Of a stretch of DNA of 64,000 bases, positions 20,477 through 29,508 are shown one piece after another. How positions within the stretch are numbered: the stretch's first letter is position 1; each line of letters begins with the position of its first letter. The translations under genes and the position numbers were made by a program. Source of the stretch: an uncultured virus (IMG/VR IMGVR_UViG_3300030330_002808) (taxonomy: Duplodnaviria > Heunggongvirae > Uroviricota > Caudoviricetes); the IMG/VR virus record IMGVR_UViG_3300030330_002808, positions 1 through 64,000 of that record, one strand, 5' to 3'. The notes beneath the pieces are model-generated. The model did not search any database and was not told where the DNA came from. It saw only the letters and a program-made list of their open reading frames with translations.

Positions 20477-20766
20477 GTTTTAAATCCTTTTAACATATCT
20501 CCATAATAATTTACCAAACTATCATTACTCACTTTTTTTCCCGCTATTTCAGATTTCATATAAGAACCAATATATTTATCTTTCTGTGCATCTCCGGGAG
20601 CCTTACTTGTAGTTTGACTGAACATTGCACGTCCCATAGCTGCTTTTTCAACACCTTTTATTTTGCCTTTATTTTTAGTAGCATAAAATATAGCAGTGCC
20701 TTTTTTCTTACCGTATTGATCCTGCATAGAATCCATAATTTTTTTACCTTTTTTATTTAATGGCAC
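20473..20766 (-). CDS. basic small protein
   Basis: GTG start with AAGGAGG RBS. MPLNKKGKKIM...YGKKKG...FYA. Confidence 0.7.
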   Translation of the reverse strand: MPLNKKGKKIMDSMQDQYGKKKGTAIFYATKNKGKIKGVEKAAMGRAMFSQTTSKAPGDAQKDKYIGSYMKSEIAGKKVSNDSLVNYYGDMLKGFKT

Positions 20767-20906
20767 TATACCTCCTTTTTAGCGGCCGCTTTGAGATCAT
20801 GTGTCTCCTTTTTGCGGTTGTACAACTTCTTAGAGTTTAACACTTTTGATGCGAATGATCTAGACCTTACGAGTTTTGCGAATGGATTCTTTACCTTTTT
20901 TTGCAA
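20766..20906 (-). CDS. small basic protein (46 aa, ...KNPFAKLVRSRSFASKVLNSKKLYNRK...)
   Basis: Read by hand. TTG start; stop overlaps the next start. Confidence 0.45.
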   Translation of the reverse strand: MQKKVKNPFAKLVRSRSFASKVLNSKKLYNRKKETHDLKAAAKKEV

Positions 20907-21144
20907 TGTTTACTACCCCTGTTTTACCCATTACTTTAGCTCTTTGCTCCATAACAGTTAAGATTTGTATTTTTCTCGCAAATGGTTTAGATATCTTTTT
21001 AACTTTTGCAACAGTCGCACGAGCATCAGCAGGAGTTGCAAACTTAATTTTAACAGTATCTCTAGGATTCTCATCAGTATATAATCTCCTATCTGACCCT
21101 TTAGGTTTTTTACCAGTTCCAACTAATGGATCTCTTTTTTTCAT
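20860..21144 (-). CDS. basic 94-aa protein, paralog 1
   Basis: Close paralog of 32377..32661. Confidence 0.75.
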   Translation of the reverse strand: MKKRDPLVGTGKKPKGSDRRLYTDENPRDTVKIKFATPADARATVAKVKKISKPFARKIQILTVMEQRAKVMGKTGVVNIAKKGKESIRKTRKV

Positions 21145-21146
21145 AA

Positions 21147-21620
21147 TTATAAGTCTGTAGCGTTTCCTATCACAGGTTTATATTTAGTTTTACCATCTTC
21201 TTTGTATGCTCTCAACAATTGTTTTCTAGGATTTTCAGCCACCCAAGAACAATGAATCCACCCGCTGTTGGGTTCGCCTGGAGTAAAAAATTCGAGAATC
21301 ATCTGGTCATACTGAAGGTTTGCCTTAATCCAATCAAAAACTTCAGCATTGCTAGTGCCTAAACATTCGAAATCGACCGCCTCAGCTTTGGTATGTTGTG
21401 AATTTAAACTACTACCTATTTTTAAGCATAGCTCAGGGGAACGAAAGCAGCTCGTTACCGTAACTCTACCAAAGTGATCACGCACTGGTTGTAGAATATT
21501 TTCACAGAGTAATTTTAATTTTTCTATTTGATCTGCGTTTGGATTATTATCAATTCCAAGTCTGATGGCTGTGTCTGATTTAATTAGTTCTGAGAGGCTA
21601 AAGTTACGTGTCAATTTCAT
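21147..21620 (-). CDS. peptidase M15 (D-Ala-D-Ala carboxypeptidase-like) endolysin
   Basis: SCFRS...SQHTKAEAVD...WIHCS zinc-binding motifs. Confidence 0.85.
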   Translation of the reverse strand: MKLTRNFSLSELIKSDTAIRLGIDNNPNADQIEKLKLLCENILQPVRDHFGRVTVTSCFRSPELCLKIGSSLNSQHTKAEAVDFECLGTSNAEVFDWIKANLQYDQMILEFFTPGEPNSGWIHCSWVAENPRKQLLRAYKEDGKTKYKPVIGNATDL

Positions 21621-22257
21621 CTTTTTCCTCCATTTGATAAAACATTTTATCTGAGTCTTCTGTTACCATTTTCGTAGCTTCCGCATCCCAGTAAGTAGTT
21701 TGGACTTTATAATCTGGCCAACTTGTGTCAGTAGTAAAACTATTAATGTGCCAAAGAAGGCGATTGTTAGGCTGAGCTGCGTAATTACCGTTATTAAGAG
21801 CCAGTATATGTGCACACTTATGTTCTTGAGGAATTTCAGAATGCTCAGTATCCAATATGTTAGTATCTGGATGAGCCCAATCAATCGTGAATAAATATTG
21901 TCCATGATAAAACTTTTTATCTAATCCTAAAAATTTTCCGTTTACACCATCCAACCAATCAAAGCAATGAACACTAGGCCAATAACTAAAACAATTCCAC
22001 AGTTCCAACTGCTGCGTTGACATATCAGGCACTTTGGTTCTGTCATACGATTTTTGGAAAAACGCTGAGATAGGCAGTCTCCAATAACACGCACCGTTGG
22101 GTAACATGATATTAAATAAGATTGCACGACCTGAAATAGATGTGATACCAAAGATAACACACTCTTCAGTTTCTCCATGATGCTCTTTAAGATCATACAA
22201 ATACTCCTTTCTTAATTTACAATATATTGGAGGAATGTTAGCATTTAAATAAGCCAT
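21604..22257 (-). CDS. hypothetical phage protein
   Basis: 217 aa ORF (MAYLNANIPP...EHKCAH...AAQPNNR) overlapping the endolysin start. Confidence 0.7.
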   Translation of the reverse strand: MAYLNANIPPIYCKLRKEYLYDLKEHHGETEECVIFGITSISGRAILFNIMLPNGACYWRLPISAFFQKSYDRTKVPDMSTQQLELWNCFSYWPSVHCFDWLDGVNGKFLGLDKKFYHGQYLFTIDWAHPDTNILDTEHSEIPQEHKCAHILALNNGNYAAQPNNRLLWHINSFTTDTSWPDYKVQTTYWDAEATKMVTEDSDKMFYQMEEKDEIDT

Positions 22258-22466
22258 TAATCTAGTATAAGTTTTTTTATACTTTTTTCACCCATATAAA
22301 TTTCAGTTTCCGCTTTACTTTTTATGCACTTATAAGTCACATTTGGTGTATACTGTCTCTCCGCGTGGCGCTTCCCGCGAAGGCATGCGGCCATCGACTT
22401 TTGTATACGATGCTCTGAAATTTCTGCTCCGTAAAACATAATTAGGGCTACCACAGTCTCTATCAT
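22257..22466 (-). CDS. small protein with hydrophobic N-terminus and two Cys
   Basis: 69 aa coupled ORF in the lysis region. Confidence 0.6.
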   Translation of the reverse strand: MIETVVALIMFYGAEISEHRIQKSMAACLRGKRHAERQYTPNVTYKCIKSKAETEIYMGEKSIKKLILD

Positions 22467-22633
22467 AATATCTTACCTTTATTTTCACCTTCTTTTACTA
22501 CATACTTTTGTGTGCCGTATTTACCAATCTCAACCTCTTTTTTTAATTCTTTTGAGAGTGTTCTTAATTTATTTTCTCTATTTATCTCAGCTATGTAGTT
22601 CAATACTTTTCTAGTTACTCGTCCCGTTGCCAT
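22463..22633 (-). CDS. hypothetical protein
   Basis: Short ORF (MATGRVTRK...) coupled to the next gene. Confidence 0.45.
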   Translation of the reverse strand: MATGRVTRKVLNYIAEINRENKLRTLSKELKKEVEIGKYGTQKYVVKEGENKGKIL

Positions 22634-23037
22634 TGTATCTAATCTCTCTGTTTGCATCTTTTAATTTTTCGATATCAGATAGAACCTTATCCATCTGTTT
22701 TCTTAAAAATTCTATGTTTACTTTATTTAAAGCCATGTCTTCTACATGTTCGTTAATCTTATCCGTGGTCTTGTAAAGATCCTCGATCATCATAAATTGT
22801 TCTGAGTCAGCCGGAAGCGAGCCGAAGTTGCCCCCTCGGCCACTTGATACGGAACTCCGTATTTTCGACCAATTCTTTTTCCATTAATTGTAATCTAGTG
22901 TCAGCAATATTCAGACGTTCTATAATCTGGAAATAGCCCATGGTGCCGAGTGCTACGATTACGATCAGCGAGGCAACCGTTTTCATAGGCATCTGCACGG
23001 CTGCCTCTTCCGATATGTTGAGTGGTTTTTTATTCAT
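22611..23037 (-). CDS. membrane-anchored coiled-coil protein split by a +1 frameshift at about 22824
   Basis: ORF 22807..23037 (transmembrane segment) continues in the +1 frame as GSLPADSEQF, in frame with ORF 22611..22793. Confidence 0.65.
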
Positions 23038-23040
23038 AAA

Positions 23041-23274
23041 TTATTTTGGTAAAGAATTTGTTAGCCATTCATGTGCTTTTTTAAAAGGCCATTTAATTAT
23101 ATTCCATACCCATTTTACTATTTTTTTTGCCATAGTTTCCTCCATTACTCCTTCTGCATGAATACAATTTATACAATTACAATTTAGCACCATGCATTGA
23201 TTAGTATTAACATATGTACCTACACCCTTACAATGACAAGGGTGTCCACACATAACACAATTTAACATTTCCAT
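23041..23274 (-). CDS. small Cys-rich protein
   Basis: CxxCGHPCHC...C...CxCxxC followed by an amphipathic Trp-rich tail. Confidence 0.5.
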   Translation of the reverse strand: MEMLNCVMCGHPCHCKGVGTYVNTNQCMVLNCNCINCIHAEGVMEETMAKKIVKWVWNIIKWPFKKAHEWLTNSLPK

Positions 23275-23855
23275 CTTCTCCTTGCTTGTCGTAATCTTGA
23301 GTTTGGATCTTTAGCAGCTTTAGGAAATTTTTTCATTTGTCCAAGTGATCTCGCACAAAAACTTTTTCTACGTTTTGCATCTTTGGAACCTGGTTTTACC
23401 TTTCCCGTTACAGCTGTTTTAAGTTTAGATCCTGGATTAGCTTTCCTATACGCAGCAACACCAGCTGCCGTCATACCTGCACCTTTTTCAGTTGGTCTAA
23501 AATTTTTTTTGTTTCTAGGAGGCATAGTATCGCCACCTCTTTTAAATGTTTTTTTAAAGAAAATACCTTTTTGTTTTTTTCCTATATTTAACCCTATTTC
23601 TATTCCCTTTCCCGTTTTAGAATCTTTTTTAACTTTTTGTAACGTTAATGAAGGATTAACTATATCTTTTTTATCTTTTGTAATTTCTTTTAAGTCTTTA
23701 ACAGTAAAGTAATCTTTTTTTTTAAATACGTTTATACCTGTATCAATAGATAAAGATGTGTAGTCATCTGGACTTTTACCAACAACTTTACTTACAACAC
23801 CAACAGGTTTTATTTGTTGAATATCTTTTTTATCAAGTTTTTTAAAATTTGACAT
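23262..23855 (-). CDS. basic modular protein
   Basis: After FKRGG comes a GAGMT...NPGSKLKTAVT...RRKSFCARS...SRLRQARRRWKC domain. Confidence 0.7.
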   Translation of the reverse strand: MSNFKKLDKKDIQQIKPVGVVSKVVGKSPDDYTSLSIDTGINVFKKKDYFTVKDLKEITKDKKDIVNPSLTLQKVKKDSKTGKGIEIGLNIGKKQKGIFFKKTFKRGGDTMPPRNKKNFRPTEKGAGMTAAGVAAYRKANPGSKLKTAVTGKVKPGSKDAKRRKSFCARSLGQMKKFPKAAKDPNSRLRQARRRWKC

Positions 23856-23856
23856 A

Positions 23857-24150
23857 TTACGTAAAAGTTATAGTTACACCACCAGTGCCACCTATTGTTG
23901 CATGAATACCATCTTGAAACAAAATACCAGATCCTGGAATAAACATATCCAAACCTTCCTCACCAAATAGAAAAGTTGCTATTGTTGTACCAGACGCTCC
24001 TCCACTTTTAAAAATTATAGATCCACTCGCACTATTACCTTTTGCTTGTATTGAAGTAAGTCTAGCTCTTTTAGTTGTAGGAACCATTTGAGCAGTGCTT
24101 GTAGCGTGAGCAACCGATTGATCACTAACAAATGAAGAACCGCCTGGCAT
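23857..24150 (-). CDS. small virion protein, paralog of 24154..24483
   Basis: Shared pattern PGSGILFQDGI vs PEDGILFPKGI. Confidence 0.6.
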   Translation of the reverse strand: MPGGSSFVSDQSVAHATSTAQMVPTTKRARLTSIQAKGNSASGSIIFKSGGASGTTIATFLFGEEGLDMFIPGSGILFQDGIHATIGGTGGVTITFT

Positions 24151-24153
24151 TTA

Positions 24154-24483
24154 TTATCCGTTTGTTGTAGTTAAATTAGGCCCTGAAAATTTATCTGTTA
24201 ACAAAGTATAAGCTGCAATATTGGTTTTTGTTTTGCAAAAAATACCTTTAGGAAACAGAATTCCATCTTCAGGAAAATTAAAATTAATTACATCACCTGT
24301 TGGAACATCTGCTAAAAATAAAGTTGTTCCTGAATTAGATGTAGTTGTTAATTCTAATACCCCAGCACCACCACCATTAGATGCAATAATTATACCTCTT
24401 AGCCTTACAGGTGGAGCTATAATAGCTGTAGCTCCAGCTGCTGCATCTGATCTTGTTGCTTGTATATCAGTTTTTGCTGCCAT
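24154..24483 (-). CDS. small virion protein
   Basis: AAGGAG RBS. Beta-rich composition. Confidence 0.65.
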   Translation of the reverse strand: MAAKTDIQATRSDAAAGATAIIAPPVRLRGIIIASNGGGAGVLELTTTSNSGTTLFLADVPTGDVINFNFPEDGILFPKGIFCKTKTNIAAYTLLTDKFSGPNLTTTNG

Positions 24484-24499
24484 TTAATCTCCTTAGTTT

Positions 24500-24519
24500 G
24501 TGGCTCCCGAAGGAGCCAC
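24500..24519 (-). other. intergenic UUCG hairpin
   Basis: GTGGCTCC-TTCG-GGAGCCAC on the minus strand with no U-tract, so a stability element or weak terminator. Confidence 0.6.
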
Positions 24520-24529
24520 TAGTTATTTA

Positions 24530-25084
24530 TTAGCTCCAAGGATTAGCAAATGTTCCATTACCAATCAATTGTGCACTTATTTGCCAGTTTAAAGCAGAGA
24601 TTGCTCTACATTGAATTTGAGCTCCCATAAGTCCACCTTTTGTGGTTGCAGTTAATGTTAAAGTATCTGTTGAACTTCCATTAAATGCTGTTACTGCTCC
24701 TGGATCTGTAGCCGTATTATTGTAAATTGCCATTCCTCTAAATACATCAGCAGATGAATGACCAGCCGCAGTTCCTGCATTTATTGTAACAGTATTTGAA
24801 CCCGTAAGGTTTTCAATCATGATAAACTCATACATAATTCCGACATTGTTGGCAGAATTTGGGTCACCCCCTGGTCCTGATGAAACAGAATCAGCTGTGC
24901 CTACGATAGCCGGTAAATTAAAAACAGTAGTAGCATCAGTAATTGTTAATACTTTACCTTGGTATTTATTTATATCACTAGCACTATCAGATACAGTACC
25001 TGTTATTGCTTGTGCCATATTAGGACCCGAACCTAAAAACCCGTTAAGAGATCTTACTGGACCCGTAAATGTTGTTTTAGCCAT
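24530..25084 (-). CDS. putative capsid decoration/structural protein
   Basis: MAKTTFTGPVRSLNGF N-terminus, AGGAGG RBS, downstream of MCP. Confidence 0.65.
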   Translation of the reverse strand: MAKTTFTGPVRSLNGFLGSGPNMAQAITGTVSDSASDINKYQGKVLTITDATTVFNLPAIVGTADSVSSGPGGDPNSANNVGIMYEFIMIENLTGSNTVTINAGTAAGHSSADVFRGMAIYNNTATDPGAVTAFNGSSTDTLTLTATTKGGLMGAQIQCRAISALNWQISAQLIGNGTFANPWS

Positions 25085-25094
25085 AATTTCCTCC

Positions 25095-25172
25095 TATGTG
25101 TATAGCCGTTTTCATTATGTCGTCTCTATACCGTCTGCCTAGCCAGTCGACATAATTAATTTATACTAGGTT
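25095..25172 (-). ncRNA. candidate structured 5' leader RNA (double pseudoknot)
   Basis: Three interleaved helices between a sigma70-like promoter and the RBS (see findings). Confidence 0.5.
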
Positions 25173-25177
25173 TTTTT

Positions 25178-25206
25178 ATTTTATATTATTAAGTGTATTA
25201 AGTCTA
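25178..25206 (-). promoter_or_regulatory. sigma70-like promoter
   Basis: TAGACT-17 bp-TAAAAT on the minus strand. Confidence 0.6.
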
Positions 25207-25746
25207 CTAGTCCCAATTCTTTACTTCTTCCATATTAAAACTTATTCCATATTTTGGTTCATCACTATAATTTGGAGAACACCCGTGCTTTAAAAATGGA
25301 CTAAATAAGGCAAAAACACCTTTTTCCGGCTTTACTTCTTGATTTATATCTGGAAATTTTAAAAGTTGTTCTGATGCATTTAAATATATAACTCCAGACC
25401 AAAGGGATGATTGATGGTCGTGATAGTTTGTTTTTTGACCTTGACGCATTTCCATCCCCCAAGACTCAGAAAGCCTATAAGGATTAAATTTTAAAAAACT
25501 ATCAACGTATTCTATTAATTTACTCATAATTATATTAAATTTTAAATCTTTGTTGAAAAAAAACCATGAAGTCATAGGGCTTTTTACGTTAGTTTTAAAA
25601 TTCATGTTATCCTCATTAGTAATCCCATTTTTTATTTTATTAATAAAATATTCTGAGTCTATATCGATAACACCTTGTATGAAGAAATAGTCGACTTCTA
25701 TTTTCCTGTTAAATACTTTGTTAATAATCACATTTTTATTTAACAC
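25207..25746 (-). CDS. 2OG-Fe(II) oxygenase-like protein
   Basis: HDH...WSGVIY...FSPFLKHG...ISFN motif. AT-rich. Confidence 0.7.
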   Translation of the reverse strand: MLNKNVIINKVFNRKIEVDYFFIQGVIDIDSEYFINKIKNGITNEDNMNFKTNVKSPMTSWFFFNKDLKFNIIMSKLIEYVDSFLKFNPYRLSESWGMEMRQGQKTNYHDHQSSLWSGVIYLNASEQLLKFPDINQEVKPEKGVFALFSPFLKHGCSPNYSDEPKYGISFNMEEVKNWD

Positions 25747-25781
25747 AAAAAAAAGGGCGGTGCAAATAAATACACCGCCCT
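25747..25781 (-). terminator. rho-independent terminator after MCP
   Basis: AGGGCGGTG...CACCGCCCT stem followed by a T-tract on the minus strand. Confidence 0.85.
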
Positions 25782-25806
25782 AAATTATTAATACTGTTAA
25801 TTAGTA

Positions 25807-26724
25807 TTAGCTAGTTGGTAAATTTCCATTACCAAATACACATCTTGGATCAGAAAATCCAAAAGAGTATCTTTCTCTAGCTTTAAATCTAACGTTACCA
25901 GTATCGAAGTCACCTTCCATCGCTGTTTTGATTGGTGATCTAACAAACATTTTGAATCCGTTAGGTACATCAGTCAATAAGAAGTAAGAGTCAGTATCAG
26001 TTAAGAAGTTATTTATTACATAACCTTCTGGTACCATACCCATGCTTCTAATAGCGTTGATGTCATTATCAGCAGTCGCTGTTCTCATAGGTGACTTCAT
26101 TAGTCTCTCAGCAGTAAATTGTAATTCTTTTGGAATTATCATTTTTCTACCTTGAGTTGCTATTCTAAGTCCTCTTTCATCTACGAACCCAGCAATGTCA
26201 ATTAATGACTGCTCAAGTGAAGTTTCGTTAAGGTCTGCAGCTGTAGCAAGAACATTTGAAAAAGTTCCGCCTGTTGCAAGTGGGTGAGCATTTCCGATTA
26301 AGGATTCACCGTCACCACCTGTTACAGTTGTAACTTGTGCATTGTTCAATACGTTTGCAGCTTTAACTTGCTTCGTATTTGCCATAGATCTTGCAAGAGC
26401 TCTTGTGTATCTTGCAGCTAATCTATCATATAGGTTATCTTCGATTGCTTCCTCAGTGATTGAAAATGCAAGCGCGATTGTTTCGTGTGTGTATCTTGCT
26501 GTGAAAGTTTCACCTGCTTGATCAAACACTACTCCAGCACCTTCTTGTTTAACCGGTGCAGAAGCAAATCCGCTTAACATTACTTCCTCTTCGAAAGCTC
26601 TGTCAGATGTTTCAGTATTATAAATCTCAGCATGCTGATTTTCATATCTACTGTACTCCAGGCCGAATAAAGCATTCAAACCTGGCTCTAGTTCTTTAAC
26701 TAGTTGTGATCGTGATATTGCCAT
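25807..26724 (-). CDS. major capsid protein
   Basis: MAISRSQLVKELEPGLNALFG...FKARERYSFGFSDPR, as in abundant marine pelagiphage capsids. Strong RBS, followed by a terminator. Confidence 0.9.
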   Translation of the reverse strand: MAISRSQLVKELEPGLNALFGLEYSRYENQHAEIYNTETSDRAFEEEVMLSGFASAPVKQEGAGVVFDQAGETFTARYTHETIALAFSITEEAIEDNLYDRLAARYTRALARSMANTKQVKAANVLNNAQVTTVTGGDGESLIGNAHPLATGGTFSNVLATAADLNETSLEQSLIDIAGFVDERGLRIATQGRKMIIPKELQFTAERLMKSPMRTATADNDINAIRSMGMVPEGYVINNFLTDTDSYFLLTDVPNGFKMFVRSPIKTAMEGDFDTGNVRFKARERYSFGFSDPRCVFGNGNLPTS

Positions 26725-26743
26725 AGTTATTCTCCTCTATTTA

Positions 26744-27319
26744 TTATAGGCCTGTTCCACTTCTGTAGAAGTGATTGTTTATTCTAACAAGAACATTAGC
26801 ATTCGCATTAGCTGTGTCCGAGTTATCTGGATCTTGCGAAATGTCAATCGCCTGAATGACGAAAGTAGTCGCTGTTCCAGAAACTGAAACATCTAATTGC
26901 GCTTTTGATATTCCTGTTGCCGTAACACCAGTAGTGTTAGTAACTGAGTAGTTTTTGAAAAGATCTGCTCTAGTAAAAGCCTCGTCTGCATCTATCAAAA
27001 ATACTGCGTCTGGGTCATCAATAACAAATGCTGTAATGTCATCTGCTGCGATTCCACCAGGGTAGTGATTTTTGAATGTAGGCTTTTGAGTAGTTGGATC
27101 TGTGTAAAACACTCCGTTAAAAACTCCCACTACAGCATCAGATGTGTTAGCACCATGCTTTTCAATATTACCAGATGTTTTAGGTTCTACTAAATCACCT
27201 TGGAAAATTGCAGTTGCATAGCCACTAGCAATCGTGTATCTGTTTTGGGCACCTACTAATGGTGTACCGTCAAGTTTTCTGTAAGGTCTTAGACCAAACT
27301 TTTCACTTACGTTAGCCAT
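26744..27319 (-). CDS. capsid cement/minor capsid protein
   Basis: FGLRP...IFQGD...GVFNG pattern. Immediately upstream of MCP. Confidence 0.6.
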   Translation of the reverse strand: MANVSEKFGLRPYRKLDGTPLVGAQNRYTIASGYATAIFQGDLVEPKTSGNIEKHGANTSDAVVGVFNGVFYTDPTTQKPTFKNHYPGGIAADDITAFVIDDPDAVFLIDADEAFTRADLFKNYSVTNTTGVTATGISKAQLDVSVSGTATTFVIQAIDISQDPDNSDTANANANVLVRINNHFYRSGTGL

Positions 27320-27379
27320 AGTTGTTTTCTCCTTTTATGTTTATTAATCCAAGCTACTTAAGTAGGTATCGCAAAAAAA

Positions 27380-27847
27380 TTATTTTTTACGAGAACCGCC
27401 AAAGGTAACTCTAGACTGCCTTTCAATATTGATCGGCATGTCCGGGTGTTGTTCCTTCATAAGATCTCTGTCTATCGCGTCCGTTCGGTCTTGAGTAATT
27501 TTTCTAAAATACTCAGCACGTGACTTCAATATCTCCAAAGGTATCCTTGCCAACACAAGGCCACCAATTCCGACTAAACCAGCATGTTTTCCTTCGTGGA
27601 GAACTGGATATTCATTTGGGCCAATTTCACTTAAAAGTGTTTCAGCTTTAACAAATTCCCAACCCTCTCTAAGTTTTTTAGATACATTAGCTGCATCTTC
27701 AAAACCTGCAGTCGCAGTTCTTATCCATCTATGTGCATAACCCTGCGGGGCAGCTGGCGCATCCAAACTGGATGGTGGAGTCCAATCTTTTTTACGAGTT
27801 TCTTTCTGTCTCGTAACAGACTCGCGTGAAGTTTTAATTTTTTCCAT
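27380..27847 (-). CDS. head-region hypothetical protein
   Basis: WTPPSSLDAP...RWIR...REGWE...GGLVLARIP. Between scaffold and capsid genes. Confidence 0.65.
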   Translation of the reverse strand: MEKIKTSRESVTRQKETRKKDWTPPSSLDAPAAPQGYAHRWIRTATAGFEDAANVSKKLREGWEFVKAETLLSEIGPNEYPVLHEGKHAGLVGIGGLVLARIPLEILKSRAEYFRKITQDRTDAIDRDLMKEQHPDMPINIERQSRVTFGGSRKK

Positions 27848-27848
27848 T

Positions 27849-28847
27849 TTATGCTCCTTCCTTCACGTATTTTGCGTATTCCTCTAGTGGCACTCCTAAT
27901 TTCTTAGCAATAACTACCTGTGATTTAGTGAGTTTCACAGACTTGCGTCCCCCTGATCTTCTACTAACTGAAGCTACATTTTGGACGGGTGTAACTTTAG
28001 TCTCTTCTTCAGCTGAAGATTGAGCAAACTTTTGAGGGAAATACTCCTTCATACGTTTGTTGATTTGATTATAATACTCATCAGAATCTGAAGCAACCCC
28101 CTGCTGAATTAAGTCTTCGTGGATGCCCATCGCGGCACTCGTAAGGACTCTATCAGTTCCAAACCACTCATTATCTTCTGCCCATTTTTGAGCTTTCTGA
28201 CTTATTGGTGGTTGTTCAATAGTTTGTTGTTGAGTCTCTGATTCGCTTTGTTTTTTCTTAGCCTCTTTTTCACCAAGAGACATAGAAACTTTTTCTTTCT
28301 CAACCGCTAATTTAGTTAAGGCATCATTAGCCTCCATTATTTTATCAGCATCTTGAGATTCAATTGCAGTTTTAAGATTAGCTTTTACTTGATCTCTTTG
28401 AGCATCAATTCTAGCGTCATACTCTTTTAGATAATTAGTATCAGTCTCCTCAAACTTTGATTGAGCAGTTTCATACTTGTCTTTAAGACCTTTTGCATAA
28501 TCCAAAGCTGCTTTTTCTTTTCTTTCAGCTTCTCTTACTTGAAAAGTAAGTTTTTTTATACGTTTTTGAACTTTGTCAGAATAATCTTTTAGTTCACCTT
28601 CATCTTTATTTTCTTTATTTTCTTCTGACTTAGTTTCTCTCTCGTTTTCAAACGATATGTCAGTACCATGATCTTTTTCTTTTTCATAGGTCCTCTTATC
28701 GTTATGCTCTGTATACCCTAAATCAACCTCTTCCTTTGGAAGTTCAGTCGCTTCAGGTTCTTTCGGTGTTTCTTTTATTTCAACCGATTCTTCGTTGACA
28801 CCATCTGTGTCTAACTCCACTTCGGGAGCTTTACTTTTATCAACCAT
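27849..28847 (-). CDS. putative scaffolding protein
   Basis: Acidic coiled coil with C-terminal LTKSQVVIAKKLGVPLEEYAK. Confidence 0.7.
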   Translation of the reverse strand: MVDKSKAPEVELDTDGVNEESVEIKETPKEPEATELPKEEVDLGYTEHNDKRTYEKEKDHGTDISFENERETKSEENKENKDEGELKDYSDKVQKRIKKLTFQVREAERKEKAALDYAKGLKDKYETAQSKFEETDTNYLKEYDARIDAQRDQVKANLKTAIESQDADKIMEANDALTKLAVEKEKVSMSLGEKEAKKKQSESETQQQTIEQPPISQKAQKWAEDNEWFGTDRVLTSAAMGIHEDLIQQGVASDSDEYYNQINKRMKEYFPQKFAQSSAEEETKVTPVQNVASVSRRSGGRKSVKLTKSQVVIAKKLGVPLEEYAKYVKEGA

Positions 28848-28856
28848 ATTTCCTCC

Positions 28857-29303
28857 TTAGTAATGGTGCAAAATATCACGTGGATTTTTAATTGTGCTTA
28901 TGATTTCATCATCATTTAACACTCTAACTTCTCCACCTTCTATCTTGAATCTTGAACCTGCATACCTACTGAATATTACCCAGTCATTAACTCTGCACCA
29001 TGGCCCAAGAGGAAACTTCTCTTTGTCTCTATAACAAAGGTTTCCCATCTTAAGGATAAGACCACATACGGTTGTCATCTGTATGGTTTCTTGTGTTGTA
29101 TCAGAAAGTAAAATACCACCTTTTGTTTTTTTAGGACCAGCATAAGGTAAGATTAACATTCTATACCCAGTTGGTGTTGGTAGTCTTTCTAATAGTGAAT
29201 CGTTGATCGCTTTTGGATCAAGAACTGTAGAAATTTGCTCCTCTGGTTTGTACGAGTCTTCTAATTTCTCAGTCCGTTTCGGTTTCTCCGTGGACGTTTG
29301 CAT
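28857..29303 (-). CDS. groES: co-chaperonin GroES-like
   Basis: PTGYRMLI...KTKGGILL...YAGSRFKIEGGEVRVLNDDEII motifs. Confidence 0.85.
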   Translation of the reverse strand: MQTSTEKPKRTEKLEDSYKPEEQISTVLDPKAINDSLLERLPTPTGYRMLILPYAGPKKTKGGILLSDTTQETIQMTTVCGLILKMGNLCYRDKEKFPLGPWCRVNDWVIFSRYAGSRFKIEGGEVRVLNDDEIISTIKNPRDILHHY

Positions 29304-29508
29304 CTCTTAACTCCTGTTTGTTCAGCAGGTCTTTCAGTTCCTGTTGCAAATCTTCTAAAGATTTGATTTGACCCCTAACATATTGTAGTTTTTCTAGGGT
29401 GTCAACACTATATATAGCGGCTGTTTTAAGAGTTTCAAGTTGCCTTTTAATTAAAGATTGTATTTGAGTTACTGTGAACGGTTCCATTATGTCATCCTTT
29501 GTAAACAC
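29269..29508 (-). CDS. small coiled-coil protein
   Basis: ORF overlapping groES. True start may be MEPFT. Confidence 0.55.
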   Translation of the reverse strand: MFTKDDIMEPFTVTQIQSLIKRQLETLKTAAIYSVDTLEKLQYVRGQIKSLEDLQQELKDLLNKQELRDANVHGETETD

